A DNA stretch of 64,000 bases, taken from NCBI RefSeq assembly GCF_050596425.1, contig NZ_CP192292.1, forward strand, positions 1,287,987-1,351,986. The letters run 5' to 3'. Each line of letters opens with the position of its first letter. The first letter of the stretch is position 1. Below the pieces are notes generated by a model that did no database searches, had not been told where the DNA came from, and saw only the letters and a program-made list of their open reading frames with translations. Below, piece after piece: positions 39,134-48,483 of the stretch. The stretch comes from Fusibacter sp. JL216-2. GTDB taxonomy: Bacteria > Bacillota > Clostridia > Peptostreptococcales > Acidaminobacteraceae. The translations under genes and the position numbers were made by a program.

Positions 39134-39349
39134 GAGCGTGGCACCTTTCTAAAATAGTGCAAAACATAAAAAAAATAGTGATTTGTTCGAAACGCTTGTA
39201 TTGATAATGAATATCAATTATAATCCTTTTGCAAGTGCGTTTGATAATCATTTGCAATAAGCGTGTAAGTCATTATATCCTATTTGTCTACTTTTGATAA
39301 GGTCATGGACAAACTTAGGAAAGGGACAGTATTTTAAATTGGGGTTAAT

Positions 39350-40129
39350 ATGAATGAAGTAAAAGCAGTAAAACTTAGTGTAGGCTATGGCGGGGCTGAT
39401 ATTGTGAAAGCCGTTGGCATCAATATACCTGTGAATCAAACCACAGCTATAATCGGACCGAATGGGTGTGGCAAGTCGACCCTATTAAAGGCCATATCCA
39501 ACATTATTCCCTATACAGGGGATGTGATTGTTGGTGGCAAGAATATTGAGACTTATTCACGAAAACGCCTTGCAAAGATTTTAGCCATGTTGCCACAAAA
39601 GCCTGAAGCGACAAATGGTCTGACTGTGGAAGAACTGGTTGCCTATGGGCGTCACCCATATGTATCAGGAATAGGGAACCTTCGTAAAGAAGATTATGAC
39701 ATGATCCAGTGGGCCTTGAAGGTGACGGGGGTTCTCGATTTTAGAAAGAAGAAAATTGAAACGCTATCTGGCGGTCAAAAACAACGTGTGTGGATTGCCC
39801 TTTGTCTGGCACAGGACACAGAAATCATATTTTTAGACGAGCCAACGACTTATTTGGATATATCACATCAGTTAGAAATACTGGAGATCCTGAACGACTT
39901 AAAAGAAAATCATGAGAAGACCATTGTAATGGTCCTGCATGATTTAAATCAAGCCTCTAAATATGCTGACTATTTGATTGCATTAAAGGATGGACAGATT
40001 GTGAAAGAAGGCTCAAGTCAGGAGGTTATCACCAAAGGTGTGCTTAAAGAACTTTTCAATATCAAGGCAGACATTGCCCCTGATAAGGAGACAGGCAAAC
40101 CTCTGTGTTTGTCATTCAATTTACTATAA
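39350..40129 (+). CDS. ferric-siderophore ABC transporter ATP-binding protein (FecE/FepC-like)
   Basis: Walker A GPNGCGKST, signature LSGGQKQRVWIA, Walker B IFLDEPT. Confidence 0.85.
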   Translation: MNEVKAVKLSVGYGGADIVKAVGINIPVNQTTAIIGPNGCGKSTLLKAISNIIPYTGDVIVGGKNIETYSRKRLAKILAMLPQKPEATNGLTVEELVAYGRHPYVSGIGNLRKEDYDMIQWALKVTGVLDFRKKKIETLSGGQKQRVWIALCLAQDTEIIFLDEPTTYLDISHQLEILEILNDLKENHEKTIVMVLHDLNQASKYADYLIALKDGQIVKEGSSQEVITKGVLKELFNIKADIAPDKETGKPLCLSFNLL

Positions 40130-40204
40130 TTTTAGGCATAAGCTGTTTTTATAAAGCTTGATATCAGTAATGCTGATACAAGGCTTTTAAACTGAGGAGG
40201 AATC

Positions 40205-41182
40205 ATGAAAAAGTATTTAGCAATTTTATTAGCAATGTTTATGTTAGCGGGCTGTGCCCAGGCACCGATCACAGACACGACGGAAATTAACTCACAAGAC
40301 AGTGAGAAAACGCAATCCAATCAGGGGCAAAATGAAGACCAAATACAAAATGAGGATCAAACACAAAGTGAAACATTCACATATCAGTCTGAACATGGTG
40401 ACATTGAACTACCAACTGACCCTGAGCGTATAGTGGTTCTTGACGCATCGGCGGCTGGCGCGGTCCTTCTCTTTGATGGCAGTGTTGTAGGGCATGAACA
40501 GTGGACGGGACATAACGCGTTATTTCAAGACCGTCTAAAGAATTCAACTGAGGTTGCTACTGACAATCTTGAGCAGATTCTTGCCCTCAATCCAGATCTT
40601 ATTGTCACTTCACCTTCTAATGAGAACTTTGAAGAGTTGTCACAAATTGCCCCGACTGTTTCTTTTACATACGGAAGATTGAACTACCTTGATACCATTA
40701 TCGAGTATGGCAAAATGCTCAACAAAGAAGAGAAAGCCAAACAGTGGGTCGAGCGCTATCAAGCTAAGGCAAAAATAGCAGGGGAAGCCATTAAATCAAA
40801 GTACGGCGAGGATGTTTCCATTTCAGTTATTGAAGCCTATGGAGATGAAATGTACCTTTATGGTGACAACTGGGGTCGTGGCACCCAAGTTGTGTATCAG
40901 GAAATGGGCTTAAGAATGACTGATCCTGTAAAAAAAGTGGCCCTAACAGATGGCTACTACAGTATTTCGGCAGAAGTGGTTCAAGACTATCAGGCAGACC
41001 TAATGATACTATCACAATTTGAAGGGTCAAATACAGCATTTATGGAAACAGAAACGTGGAATAACATTAAGGCTGTTAAAAATAATCAGGTGCTTATGGT
41101 GGAAGGGGAGTCGTTTTATATGACGGGCCCCATCACCCTAGAGTATCAGCTGGAAACCATAGAAAGCTTTTTTACCAAGTAA
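40205..41182 (+). CDS. iron-siderophore ABC transporter substrate-binding lipoprotein (class III SBP)
   Basis: Lipobox MLAGCAQ and FecB/FhuD-like sequence. Confidence 0.8.
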   Translation: MKKYLAILLAMFMLAGCAQAPITDTTEINSQDSEKTQSNQGQNEDQIQNEDQTQSETFTYQSEHGDIELPTDPERIVVLDASAAGAVLLFDGSVVGHEQWTGHNALFQDRLKNSTEVATDNLEQILALNPDLIVTSPSNENFEELSQIAPTVSFTYGRLNYLDTIIEYGKMLNKEEKAKQWVERYQAKAKIAGEAIKSKYGEDVSISVIEAYGDEMYLYGDNWGRGTQVVYQEMGLRMTDPVKKVALTDGYYSISAEVVQDYQADLMILSQFEGSNTAFMETETWNNIKAVKNNQVLMVEGESFYMTGPITLEYQLETIESFFTK

Positions 41183-42178
41183 ATGAATAAGAGAAAAACG
41201 GTAGGGTTGGTGCTAATGCTGTGTTTTGTGTTGGCATCAGCTTTTCTTGTGGCTTTGGCTTTCGGAGCTGCTGACATACCCTTTCAGGACGTGAAAGCAT
41301 TTATATTTAGCAGGTACCAAAACGAAAACACATTAATTCTTAAAGAACTGAGATTGCCTAGAGTACTGGCTTCAGCCCTTGCAGGTATGGCCCTTGCTGT
41401 TTCGGGTGCCTATATGCAGGGCATGACTCGGAACGCCCTTGCCAGCCCAAGTTTATTTGGTATCACAGCAGGGGCAAGTGCTGTTTTAGCGCTCTCATTA
41501 GCACTTTTTCAAGGGATGGATCAATATGGTGTTTTACTGGCTTGTCTGACTGGGAGCACAGCATCAGGGCTTCTTGTTTTCTTTATAAGTTTACGGGGCA
41601 GACATAGCTTAAGCAACAATAAAACTGTCCTTGCCGGTGCGGCGGTATCAACACTTCTTTATGCAGTGGCAGATGCCATATCTTTGAGGTTTACAAGCTC
41701 TAAACAAATGGCTATGTGGGCAAGCAGTGGTCTTATCGGGGTCACGATGGAAGAAATATTCATTGTTCTTCCCATTATAATCATTGGATCATTTACGGCT
41801 CTCGTCTACTCAAAGAAATTGACCCTTGTCAGCCTAGATGAGGAACTGGCTGTTTCTCTTGGCGAAAATGTAAAACAACTGCGAATTATATTTTTCTTCA
41901 TGGTCACATGTCTAACTGGGGCGGCAATAGCTCTTTCAGGCAGCCTGGTCTTTATTGGTCTGGTCATACCGCATTTTGTAAGACGGCTTGTTGGTGGTGA
42001 CTATAGAAACATTGTGCCGTTTTCCATGTTCACAGGGGCTGTTTTTATGATTCTAGCCGACCTCCTGTCAAGAACTATAAACGCACCTTATGAAACCCCA
42101 GTGACGGCAATAATGGCTGTTGCAAGTTATCCAATATTTTTATATGTTGTGCGAAATGGAGGGATAGCAAGTGATTAA
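41183..42178 (+). CDS. FecCD-family iron-siderophore ABC permease
   Basis: FecCD permease fold with multiple TM helices. Confidence 0.85.
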   Translation: MNKRKTVGLVLMLCFVLASAFLVALAFGAADIPFQDVKAFIFSRYQNENTLILKELRLPRVLASALAGMALAVSGAYMQGMTRNALASPSLFGITAGASAVLALSLALFQGMDQYGVLLACLTGSTASGLLVFFISLRGRHSLSNNKTVLAGAAVSTLLYAVADAISLRFTSSKQMAMWASSGLIGVTMEEIFIVLPIIIIGSFTALVYSKKLTLVSLDEELAVSLGENVKQLRIIFFFMVTCLTGAAIALSGSLVFIGLVIPHFVRRLVGGDYRNIVPFSMFTGAVFMILADLLSRTINAPYETPVTAIMAVASYPIFLYVVRNGGIASD

Positions 42179-43178
42179 AAACCGTCGTGCAAGATATATA
42201 AGCTATGTTCTTTTATCTTTGGCAGTGGGGATTGTATTTCTTTATGGCCTAGCTCATGGATTCATAAAAATGGACATGGTGGATGTCCTTAAAACACTTG
42301 TGGGAAAGGGCACCAAGGCATCAACGTTTACAATATGGACTCTAAGAATGCCGAGGCTTATAATCACTCTAATTATGGGAATGGCCCTGGCTTTAAGTGG
42401 CAGTGTCCTTCAAACGCTGACACGGAATGACTTGGCAGATCCGGGTATACTGGGTATTAATGCTGGTGCTGGCCTTGGTGTAACTGTGGCTTATTTAAGT
42501 CTAGATTTTTCTGGTGCGAGTATTGTCTACACCTTGCCTATTATAGGCTTTGTGGGAGCTATGGGCACTTTCCTTATAACCCTTATGGTGGCCAGAGAAA
42601 AAGGTGGTCAACTCAATGTGGACAAATTGGTTCTAACCGGTATTGGCAGTGCTATAGCCATATCCGGCATGATGATCTTATTTATTTCATCAGCAGAACG
42701 TGAAGATGTCCAGTTTATCTATAAATGGTTAAGTGGCAACATATGGGGAGACAAATGGGCATTTGTCCATGTAAGCCTAGTGGTCGTGCTTCTTTTAATG
42801 TTTTTAGTTTTCGCAAAGGCACGCACCATGAATATATTGGGCCTTGATAACATATCAGCCCAGAGTCTGGGGGTTGATCTAAAGCGGGAAAGACACGCCC
42901 TTATCCTATATGCTGTGGCCCTTGCTGCAGTGGTTGTATCGGTTGCTGGGTCTATTTCCTTTGTCGGGTTGATTGTGCCCCATATTGCAAAAAAAATATA
43001 TGGTCCCAAGCACCAGTATTTTTTAGTAGGGAGTGTCTTGTTAGGAGGGCTCTTTTTAATGGGGGCTGACTTGATTGGACGGAATATATTTCCACCTCAA
43101 GGGCTATTGCCAGGGATTGTCGTGGCTATAATTGGAGCACCTTACTTTTTATATTTGGTTGTGAAGAGCAACCATTGA
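42171..43178 (+). CDS. FecCD-family iron-siderophore ABC permease (second subunit)
   Basis: Paralog of the previous gene; overlaps it by 8 nt. Confidence 0.85.
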   Translation: MIKNRRARYISYVLLSLAVGIVFLYGLAHGFIKMDMVDVLKTLVGKGTKASTFTIWTLRMPRLIITLIMGMALALSGSVLQTLTRNDLADPGILGINAGAGLGVTVAYLSLDFSGASIVYTLPIIGFVGAMGTFLITLMVAREKGGQLNVDKLVLTGIGSAIAISGMMILFISSAEREDVQFIYKWLSGNIWGDKWAFVHVSLVVVLLLMFLVFAKARTMNILGLDNISAQSLGVDLKRERHALILYAVALAAVVVSVAGSISFVGLIVPHIAKKIYGPKHQYFLVGSVLLGGLFLMGADLIGRNIFPPQGLLPGIVVAIIGAPYFLYLVVKSNH

Positions 43179-43427
43179 TGAGGGGCTAAATTCTATGAAA
43201 ACGAGTAAACTGATGCAGATATACGCCAGGTCTAATTTAATCCTAGATAGTATTTACGAGCTGGCGATCACGCCTGGATCAAAAGTGGATGGGGCAAGAA
43301 CTGTAGAGGGGGTATGCGGCTTTCCAAAAAAGTCATTTAAGAAAGAAGACCCTTAAAAATTTCCGCGCAAGACGTGCCTGTGCTTTCTCTACATGTTAAA
43401 ATGAGGAGTAGAAGCTCAAAATAATGA

Positions 43428-44228
43428 GTGAAAGCTCAAAACGAGGGATGGAACTTCAAAAATGAAAATAGGCCCTTAAAGTCAGGCATTGAAACTTTAA
43501 TTGAAACTTTAATTGAAACTTTAATTGAAACTTTAAATGAGGCCAAAAAGGAGAAACCAGTGAAAGTCAAAGCCAAGATATCCATTAAACAAGTTTCCAT
43601 GAAACAGCTCATGAAATGCCACGATCTAGAAACCGTGTCAGGCTATTGTCAAAGCTGTAGTAATTTTGGAAAAAATCATTCTTGTCCTGAGTTCAAGTTC
43701 TCCATAGATGACTACTTAAACCAATACAATTACGCCACGGTGATTATGACCCATATTAATACGGATATAATAAAAAAAGAGAGTGAAAGGCTTAAAGAAA
43801 AGACCTTTACATCAAGGGTCTTTAGCAATTACACAAAAAACAATCCAAACGTTCAAACAGACTGGAAGTCCCAGTTATCCATGTACGTTTTCAATCTTGT
43901 AAAGGATCATATGGCTCAGGAACTGCTTGAACTGGAAAAAGGTCATGAAAGTGTGGTGGGGCTTCCACCAGGATCATGCACATCTTGCCAAGTTTGCACC
44001 AAAACAAAGGGGCAGGCCTGTGTTCACAAAGATAAATTGCGTTACTCTCTTGAAGCCCTGGGTTTCTTAGTTTCAGATATCTATGAACGGTTTTTTGATA
44101 TGCAACTGGGCTGGACAGAAAATGAACTGCCGGAGTCTTTTAACACGTGTAGCGCCATTTTGTCTGGTGAGCAAATAGACATCCAAACCATAGAAAATGC
44201 CCTAGGCCCTATCGAGGTGGAACTATAG
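43428..44228 (+). CDS. hypothetical Cys-rich (putative Fe-S/metal-binding) protein; N-terminus contains (ETLI)x4 encoded by a 12-bp tandem repeat; true start uncertain
   Basis: CQSCSNFGKNHSCP and CTSCQVCTKTKGQAC motifs. GTG start; an alternative ATG lies near 43596. Confidence 0.45.
   Translation: MKAQNEGWNFKNENRPLKSGIETLIETLIETLIETLNEAKKEKPVKVKAKISIKQVSMKQLMKCHDLETVSGYCQSCSNFGKNHSCPEFKFSIDDYLNQYNYATVIMTHINTDIIKKESERLKEKTFTSRVFSNYTKNNPNVQTDWKSQLSMYVFNLVKDHMAQELLELEKGHESVVGLPPGSCTSCQVCTKTKGQACVHKDKLRYSLEALGFLVSDIYERFFDMQLGWTENELPESFNTCSAILSGEQIDIQTIENALGPIEVEL
43488..43535 (+). repeat. perfect 12-bp tandem repeat (ATTGAAACTTTA)x4
   Basis: Read directly from the sequence; encodes (ETLI)x4 in the frame of the 43428 ORF. 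Confidence 0.95.
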
Positions 44229-44593
44229 TGACTTATAAAAAGCTGACTTTCGAAATGTATATGTCGGAACCGGCCGGTAAGCGTTTTAGAAATCTAGAAG
44301 ACAATCAGACGCTTCAAACTGTGTTTGAAGGCTTGACCAGGCCTTCATCTGTTGATGGCATGATTGCTTTTACAAAAGAGAAGCGTCCAGCTATGGAAGC
44401 CGTTATTGAAGAGATTGAAGAGACGTATGTGGAAAAGGGCTTGCTTGACTTAGAACACATCTATAGATACCGACAAATACTGGGCTCCATGATAAGATAT
44501 ATTATGGGCCATTATGGATACTGGCCTGGTAAGGCCAAACCCCTGAAACGGGGGCGATTTGTAAAAACTGCAATTGTCTATTATAAGGCTTGA
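44228..44593 (+). CDS. hypothetical protein (121 aa)
   Basis: Coding-like ORF abutting the previous stop; no family recognised. Confidence 0.4.
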   Translation: MTYKKLTFEMYMSEPAGKRFRNLEDNQTLQTVFEGLTRPSSVDGMIAFTKEKRPAMEAVIEEIEETYVEKGLLDLEHIYRYRQILGSMIRYIMGHYGYWPGKAKPLKRGRFVKTAIVYYKA

Positions 44594-44636
44594 GACATTG
44601 GATGGGATAGGCCTATTTCAATGAGAATGGTTATCG

Positions 44637-44665
44637 TTGACTTTGATCAAGCATTATACTATAAT
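44637..44665 (+). promoter_or_regulatory. sigma-A-type promoter (TTGACT - 17 nt - TATAAT) for the NMT1-type ABC transporter operon
   Basis: Consensus -35 and -10 hexamers with a 17-nt spacer, about 110 nt upstream of the 44775 ATG. Confidence 0.55.
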
Positions 44666-44774
44666 TCTAGCGAAAGACCTGAATTTTACAGGTTTTCACA
44701 GAAGAACCACTGCAAAAGAGAACCACAACAGAGTAGAAACACAACAGAATAGAAACACTACATAGGAGGACATT

Positions 44775-45878
44775 ATGAAGAAAAGACTAGCCATATTGAC
44801 CCTGGCATTTGCCTTAGTATTTGCTCTAACAGCATGTGCAGGGAAGACGGAAACAGAAACGACACCGGCAGATAAAGAGCAGGTAGAAGTTACTGACAGT
44901 CAAGAAGATAAGACTGTTACAGAAGAAAATACGGAAAACACAAATACAGAAGAAGCAAGTGATGAAGAAGCTGAAGCCCCATCTGAAAAACCTGTTTTAA
45001 ATATTGGAACCCTAAAAGGTCCAACGGGAATGGGTATGGCACAGCTCATGGAAAATGATGAAGCTGGCCAAAGCGCCATTGACTACAACTTCGAAATCGC
45101 CGGTGCACCGGATCAAATCATTGGAAAAATCGTCAAAGGCAGTGTTGATGTTGCCGCTGTGCCTTCAAACCTAGCAGCGGTCTTAGATGTAAAAACAAAG
45201 GGCCAAGTTCAACTTTTAGGGGTTAACACTCTGGGCGTTTTATTTATTGTTGAAAATGGGCAAGAGATACAGTCTATTGAAGACTTGAGCGGTAAGACAA
45301 TCCTTGCATCTGGCAAGGGGGCTTCTCCTGAATACGTATTAAACTACATATTAAAAGAAAACGGACTGGATGAAAGCGTGGCTGTTGAATATGCAGTTGA
45401 GCACTCTGAAGCAGCCGCAAAGACCATTTCAGGGGATTCACAAGTGTCGCTTTTACCACAACCTTTTGTAACGTCAGCCCTATTAAGTGGCGAGTCAACT
45501 AGGATTGCCCTTGACTTAACAAGCGAATGGGAAAAGGTAACAGACGGATCCCTACTGCCTATGGGTGCAATTATAGTCAACAAGGCCTTTGCAAAAGAAA
45601 ATCCTGAGGTCATTGAGGCATTTATGGAAGAGTACAAGGCATCTGTTGACTTCGTGAATGAAAATCCAAAAGACGCGGGTCTTTTAATTGAGAAGTTTGG
45701 TATACTGCCTAAGGCCGCACTGGCAACAAAGGCTATTCCTAACTGCAACATCACATTGATTGATGCTCAAACTGCCAAGCCTTCTGTACAAAAGTTCCTA
45801 GAAATCCTTCATGGATTCAACCCAAAGGCTGTTGGCGGACAGTTACCGGAGGACGCATTCTACTATGAAGCCCATTAA
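44775..45878 (+). CDS. ABC transporter substrate-binding lipoprotein, NMT1/THI5-like (nitrate/sulfonate/bicarbonate family)
   Basis: Lipobox LTACAG, acidic low-complexity linker, NMT1-like domain. Confidence 0.75.
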   Translation: MKKRLAILTLAFALVFALTACAGKTETETTPADKEQVEVTDSQEDKTVTEENTENTNTEEASDEEAEAPSEKPVLNIGTLKGPTGMGMAQLMENDEAGQSAIDYNFEIAGAPDQIIGKIVKGSVDVAAVPSNLAAVLDVKTKGQVQLLGVNTLGVLFIVENGQEIQSIEDLSGKTILASGKGASPEYVLNYILKENGLDESVAVEYAVEHSEAAAKTISGDSQVSLLPQPFVTSALLSGESTRIALDLTSEWEKVTDGSLLPMGAIIVNKAFAKENPEVIEAFMEEYKASVDFVNENPKDAGLLIEKFGILPKAALATKAIPNCNITLIDAQTAKPSVQKFLEILHGFNPKAVGGQLPEDAFYYEAH

Positions 45879-46623
45879 AATCAGAGAAGGATTATTAATC
45901 CTTCTCTTTTGGATTGCACTGTGGGGGCTTATTTCAGCCCTCGCTGACAACTTCATAGTGCCTTCTCCACTACGGACTGGCCAGGTGCTGATAGGCTTAC
46001 TTATGAGCGGGCAGACCTATGGGATTATCTTGTCGAGTCTTGGTCGCGTTTTACTGAGCCTGCTCATTGGCATCGTCTTTGGCGTTGTATTTGGAATTCT
46101 TGCGGGTCTAAACGAGTTTGTTTACAAGCTCTTTGTGCCTATGGTCAACTTCATTACGGCCACACCTGTGGTTTCCTTTATAATTATACTCTTTATGTAT
46201 ATTAAGAACGATTCCCTGGTGCCTGTTATCTGTGGCATATTGCTTTGCTTTCCAATCATATATAACAATGTTTTACACGGTTATAAAATGGTGCGTTCTG
46301 AGCTGGTTAATATGTCCCAAGTATACCGAGTGCCCATGCATAGAAAAGTCCTTAAACTATATGTTCCAAGTACCCTGCCCTATGTGTTTGCAGGCATATT
46401 AACAAGTGTGGGCATATGTTGGAAGGCCACGATTGCGGCTGAACTCATTGGTATTATAGAAAACTCAATTGGTCTGCAGCTGTATAATGGAAAGGTGTTT
46501 TTAGAATATGACCACGTTTTTGCATGGACCATTTTGATTGTCCTGTCCAGTGTCATGATTCAAAAATGTGCCCACTACTTTATTCAAAAGATCAATATAT
46601 ATGAAAGGTTCAAGGTGATTTAA
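45865..46623 (+). CDS. ABC transporter permease (NitT/TauT family)
   Basis: Start at the ATG after GGAGGA, overlapping the SBP stop. Six TM helices. Confidence 0.8.
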   Translation: MKPIKIREGLLILLFWIALWGLISALADNFIVPSPLRTGQVLIGLLMSGQTYGIILSSLGRVLLSLLIGIVFGVVFGILAGLNEFVYKLFVPMVNFITATPVVSFIIILFMYIKNDSLVPVICGILLCFPIIYNNVLHGYKMVRSELVNMSQVYRVPMHRKVLKLYVPSTLPYVFAGILTSVGICWKATIAAELIGIIENSIGLQLYNGKVFLEYDHVFAWTILIVLSSVMIQKCAHYFIQKINIYERFKVI

Positions 46624-47285
46624 TGGAGCTTGTAAGCATTTCAAAATCATTTGGGCCTTTAGATGTGCTAAAAGACTTTTCCCTACATATTTCAAGTGGA
46701 GAGGTTGTCTGTCTTCTTGGTCCGTCGGGATGTGGCAAGTCAACCCTGCTTAAGATTATCTCTGGACTGGATCGGGATTTTACAGGGCATCTTAGAGGCT
46801 TTGACAGCAAACGTATATCCTATGTTTTTCAGGAAAGTCGACTCATTCCTTGGTTGACGGTTCGGGAAAACCTCCTTTATGTTTTAGAGGGTCAAGTTGC
46901 CTCTGAAAAACTTGAAGACCATATTGAGACCTTTTTAGAAAGGGTTGATCTTTTAGACTTCAAAGACAGTTACCCCAACACCCTCAGCGGTGGCATGAAA
47001 CAGCGGGTGTCTCTTGCCAGAGCCTTTTCCATGCCCCATGACATCCTTCTTTTAGATGAACCCTTTCAAGGGCTTAACATTGAGCTGAAGGACCAACTCA
47101 TGGGCCTGCTTGAAAGCCTTATTGAACAGGACAAGAAGACGGTTATTATGGTCACTCATGATCTCGAAGAGGCTTATAGGCTGGGCGATACGGTGCTAAA
47201 ACTGACGGGAAATCCTATTTGCGGATTTGAAATATTAGATGTGGCGAAAAAAATAACTAGGCATAAAAATATAAAGAAGAGATGA
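46623..47285 (+). CDS. ABC transporter ATP-binding protein (NitT/TauT family)
   Basis: Walker A GPSGCGKST, signature LSGGMKQRVSLARA. Confidence 0.85.
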   Translation: MELVSISKSFGPLDVLKDFSLHISSGEVVCLLGPSGCGKSTLLKIISGLDRDFTGHLRGFDSKRISYVFQESRLIPWLTVRENLLYVLEGQVASEKLEDHIETFLERVDLLDFKDSYPNTLSGGMKQRVSLARAFSMPHDILLLDEPFQGLNIELKDQLMGLLESLIEQDKKTVIMVTHDLEEAYRLGDTVLKLTGNPICGFEILDVAKKITRHKNIKKR

Positions 47286-47428
47286 ACAAGGAGAGTTAGA
47301 AGGATCTGCGTAGGGTCTTTTAGGCTCTCTTTTAATTTATGTCATAAGACTATGACTGACAGGGTATAAAGTAAGTAACTTGAAGAAAAACATAGTATGA
47401 ATAGATCAAAAGACCAGGAGGTGTTCTT

Positions 47429-48394
47429 ATGTTGGACGTCATGCATGTGGCTTCGTATTTTTTAGGTAGGGCATCTATGACACCTCAAAAGTTAGAAAAA
47501 ATGTGTTACTATGCCCAGTGTTGGGCGCTTAAGACTTTAGGGCGTAAACTCTTCAAAGAAGACATAGAAGCTTGGATAAATGGTCCGGCCATAGCCCAAC
47601 TGCATAATCATTTTAAGGCATATGGGAGGAATAAAATCCCCATGATGCCTCTTTATGATGGGTTCAAGAAAACGGAGTCGGAAGTTTTAGAGACGGTTTT
47701 CGAAAACTATGGTCATTTCAGCGGGGAAGAGCTAAAGTGGCTTTCTATGCATGAAAAACCTTGGAAACATGGGCGTGAAAATCTCAAAGACTGGCAGGCG
47801 TCAAGACGTATACTTTCAGATGAAAGCCTTCAAAGCGTAGGTCTTGAGTATGTGGACGCTATAATGACAGACTATGATGAGAAGCCCATGAGCTTTGGAT
47901 TTAAACTTTGGAATTTTGACTTGGCACAAAATGAAGATGCCCTCAATCGAGGGGGATGGTTTCAAGAAATCATGATGGCCATGGCAGATGTCACTGGTAT
48001 GAAGAAGTCAGAGCTTAAACAGAAAAATTTACTTAGGCAGCTGGGCGACAAGGCTAGACTTCTTGAAGCTTATGGTCTGACTTTTACACCAGAACATAGG
48101 GAACAATACCATATTGAAGAAATTGTTCTCGTAAAAAGAAGGTGTTCCATGTTTGGTGTCTTTATTGGTGATGTCTTTCATATTGTCTGGTTTGTATCTG
48201 AGAAATATAAGGGACCAAGTCTAAAGGTAGATGAGCGGATCAACATGGCCATGAAAGTTGAAAGACAAAGAAAAATGACCAACAAACTTTTTGAACTTGA
48301 AAAGGAAAACCAGGATCTAGAGCAGCGTAACAGGGAGTTGTGGGATCTCTTAGATGAGATGACAGATCCTAAAATTAAGAAATATAAGCAGTGA
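47429..48394 (+). CDS. Panacea (DUF4065, SocA-antitoxin-like) domain protein with about 170-aa C-terminal coiled-coil extension
   Basis: N-terminus KLEKMCYYAQCWALKTLGRKLFKEDIEAWINGPAIAQLHNHF matches the DUF4065 core. Confidence 0.6.
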   Translation: MLDVMHVASYFLGRASMTPQKLEKMCYYAQCWALKTLGRKLFKEDIEAWINGPAIAQLHNHFKAYGRNKIPMMPLYDGFKKTESEVLETVFENYGHFSGEELKWLSMHEKPWKHGRENLKDWQASRRILSDESLQSVGLEYVDAIMTDYDEKPMSFGFKLWNFDLAQNEDALNRGGWFQEIMMAMADVTGMKKSELKQKNLLRQLGDKARLLEAYGLTFTPEHREQYHIEEIVLVKRRCSMFGVFIGDVFHIVWFVSEKYKGPSLKVDERINMAMKVERQRKMTNKLFELEKENQDLEQRNRELWDLLDEMTDPKIKKYKQ

Positions 48395-48483
48395 TCTTGA
48401 GAATAATATTTTCATTTATAGGCTTTATGCATTAGAATAGTAGGAAGAGTTGTAAATGAAATGAGCGTTCTGGAGGTCAGAAA

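Noticed and set aside
43488-43535. Possible CRISPR-like array
   Set aside because: Units are 12 bp, contiguous with no spacers, and there are no cas genes; it is a simple tandem repeat.
47336-47365. GTCATAAGACTATGAC mini-palindrome resembling the middle inverted repeat of the intergenic repeat family
   Set aside because: Only about 16 bp match and it lacks the terminal arms and A/T core, so I did not count it as a sixth copy.
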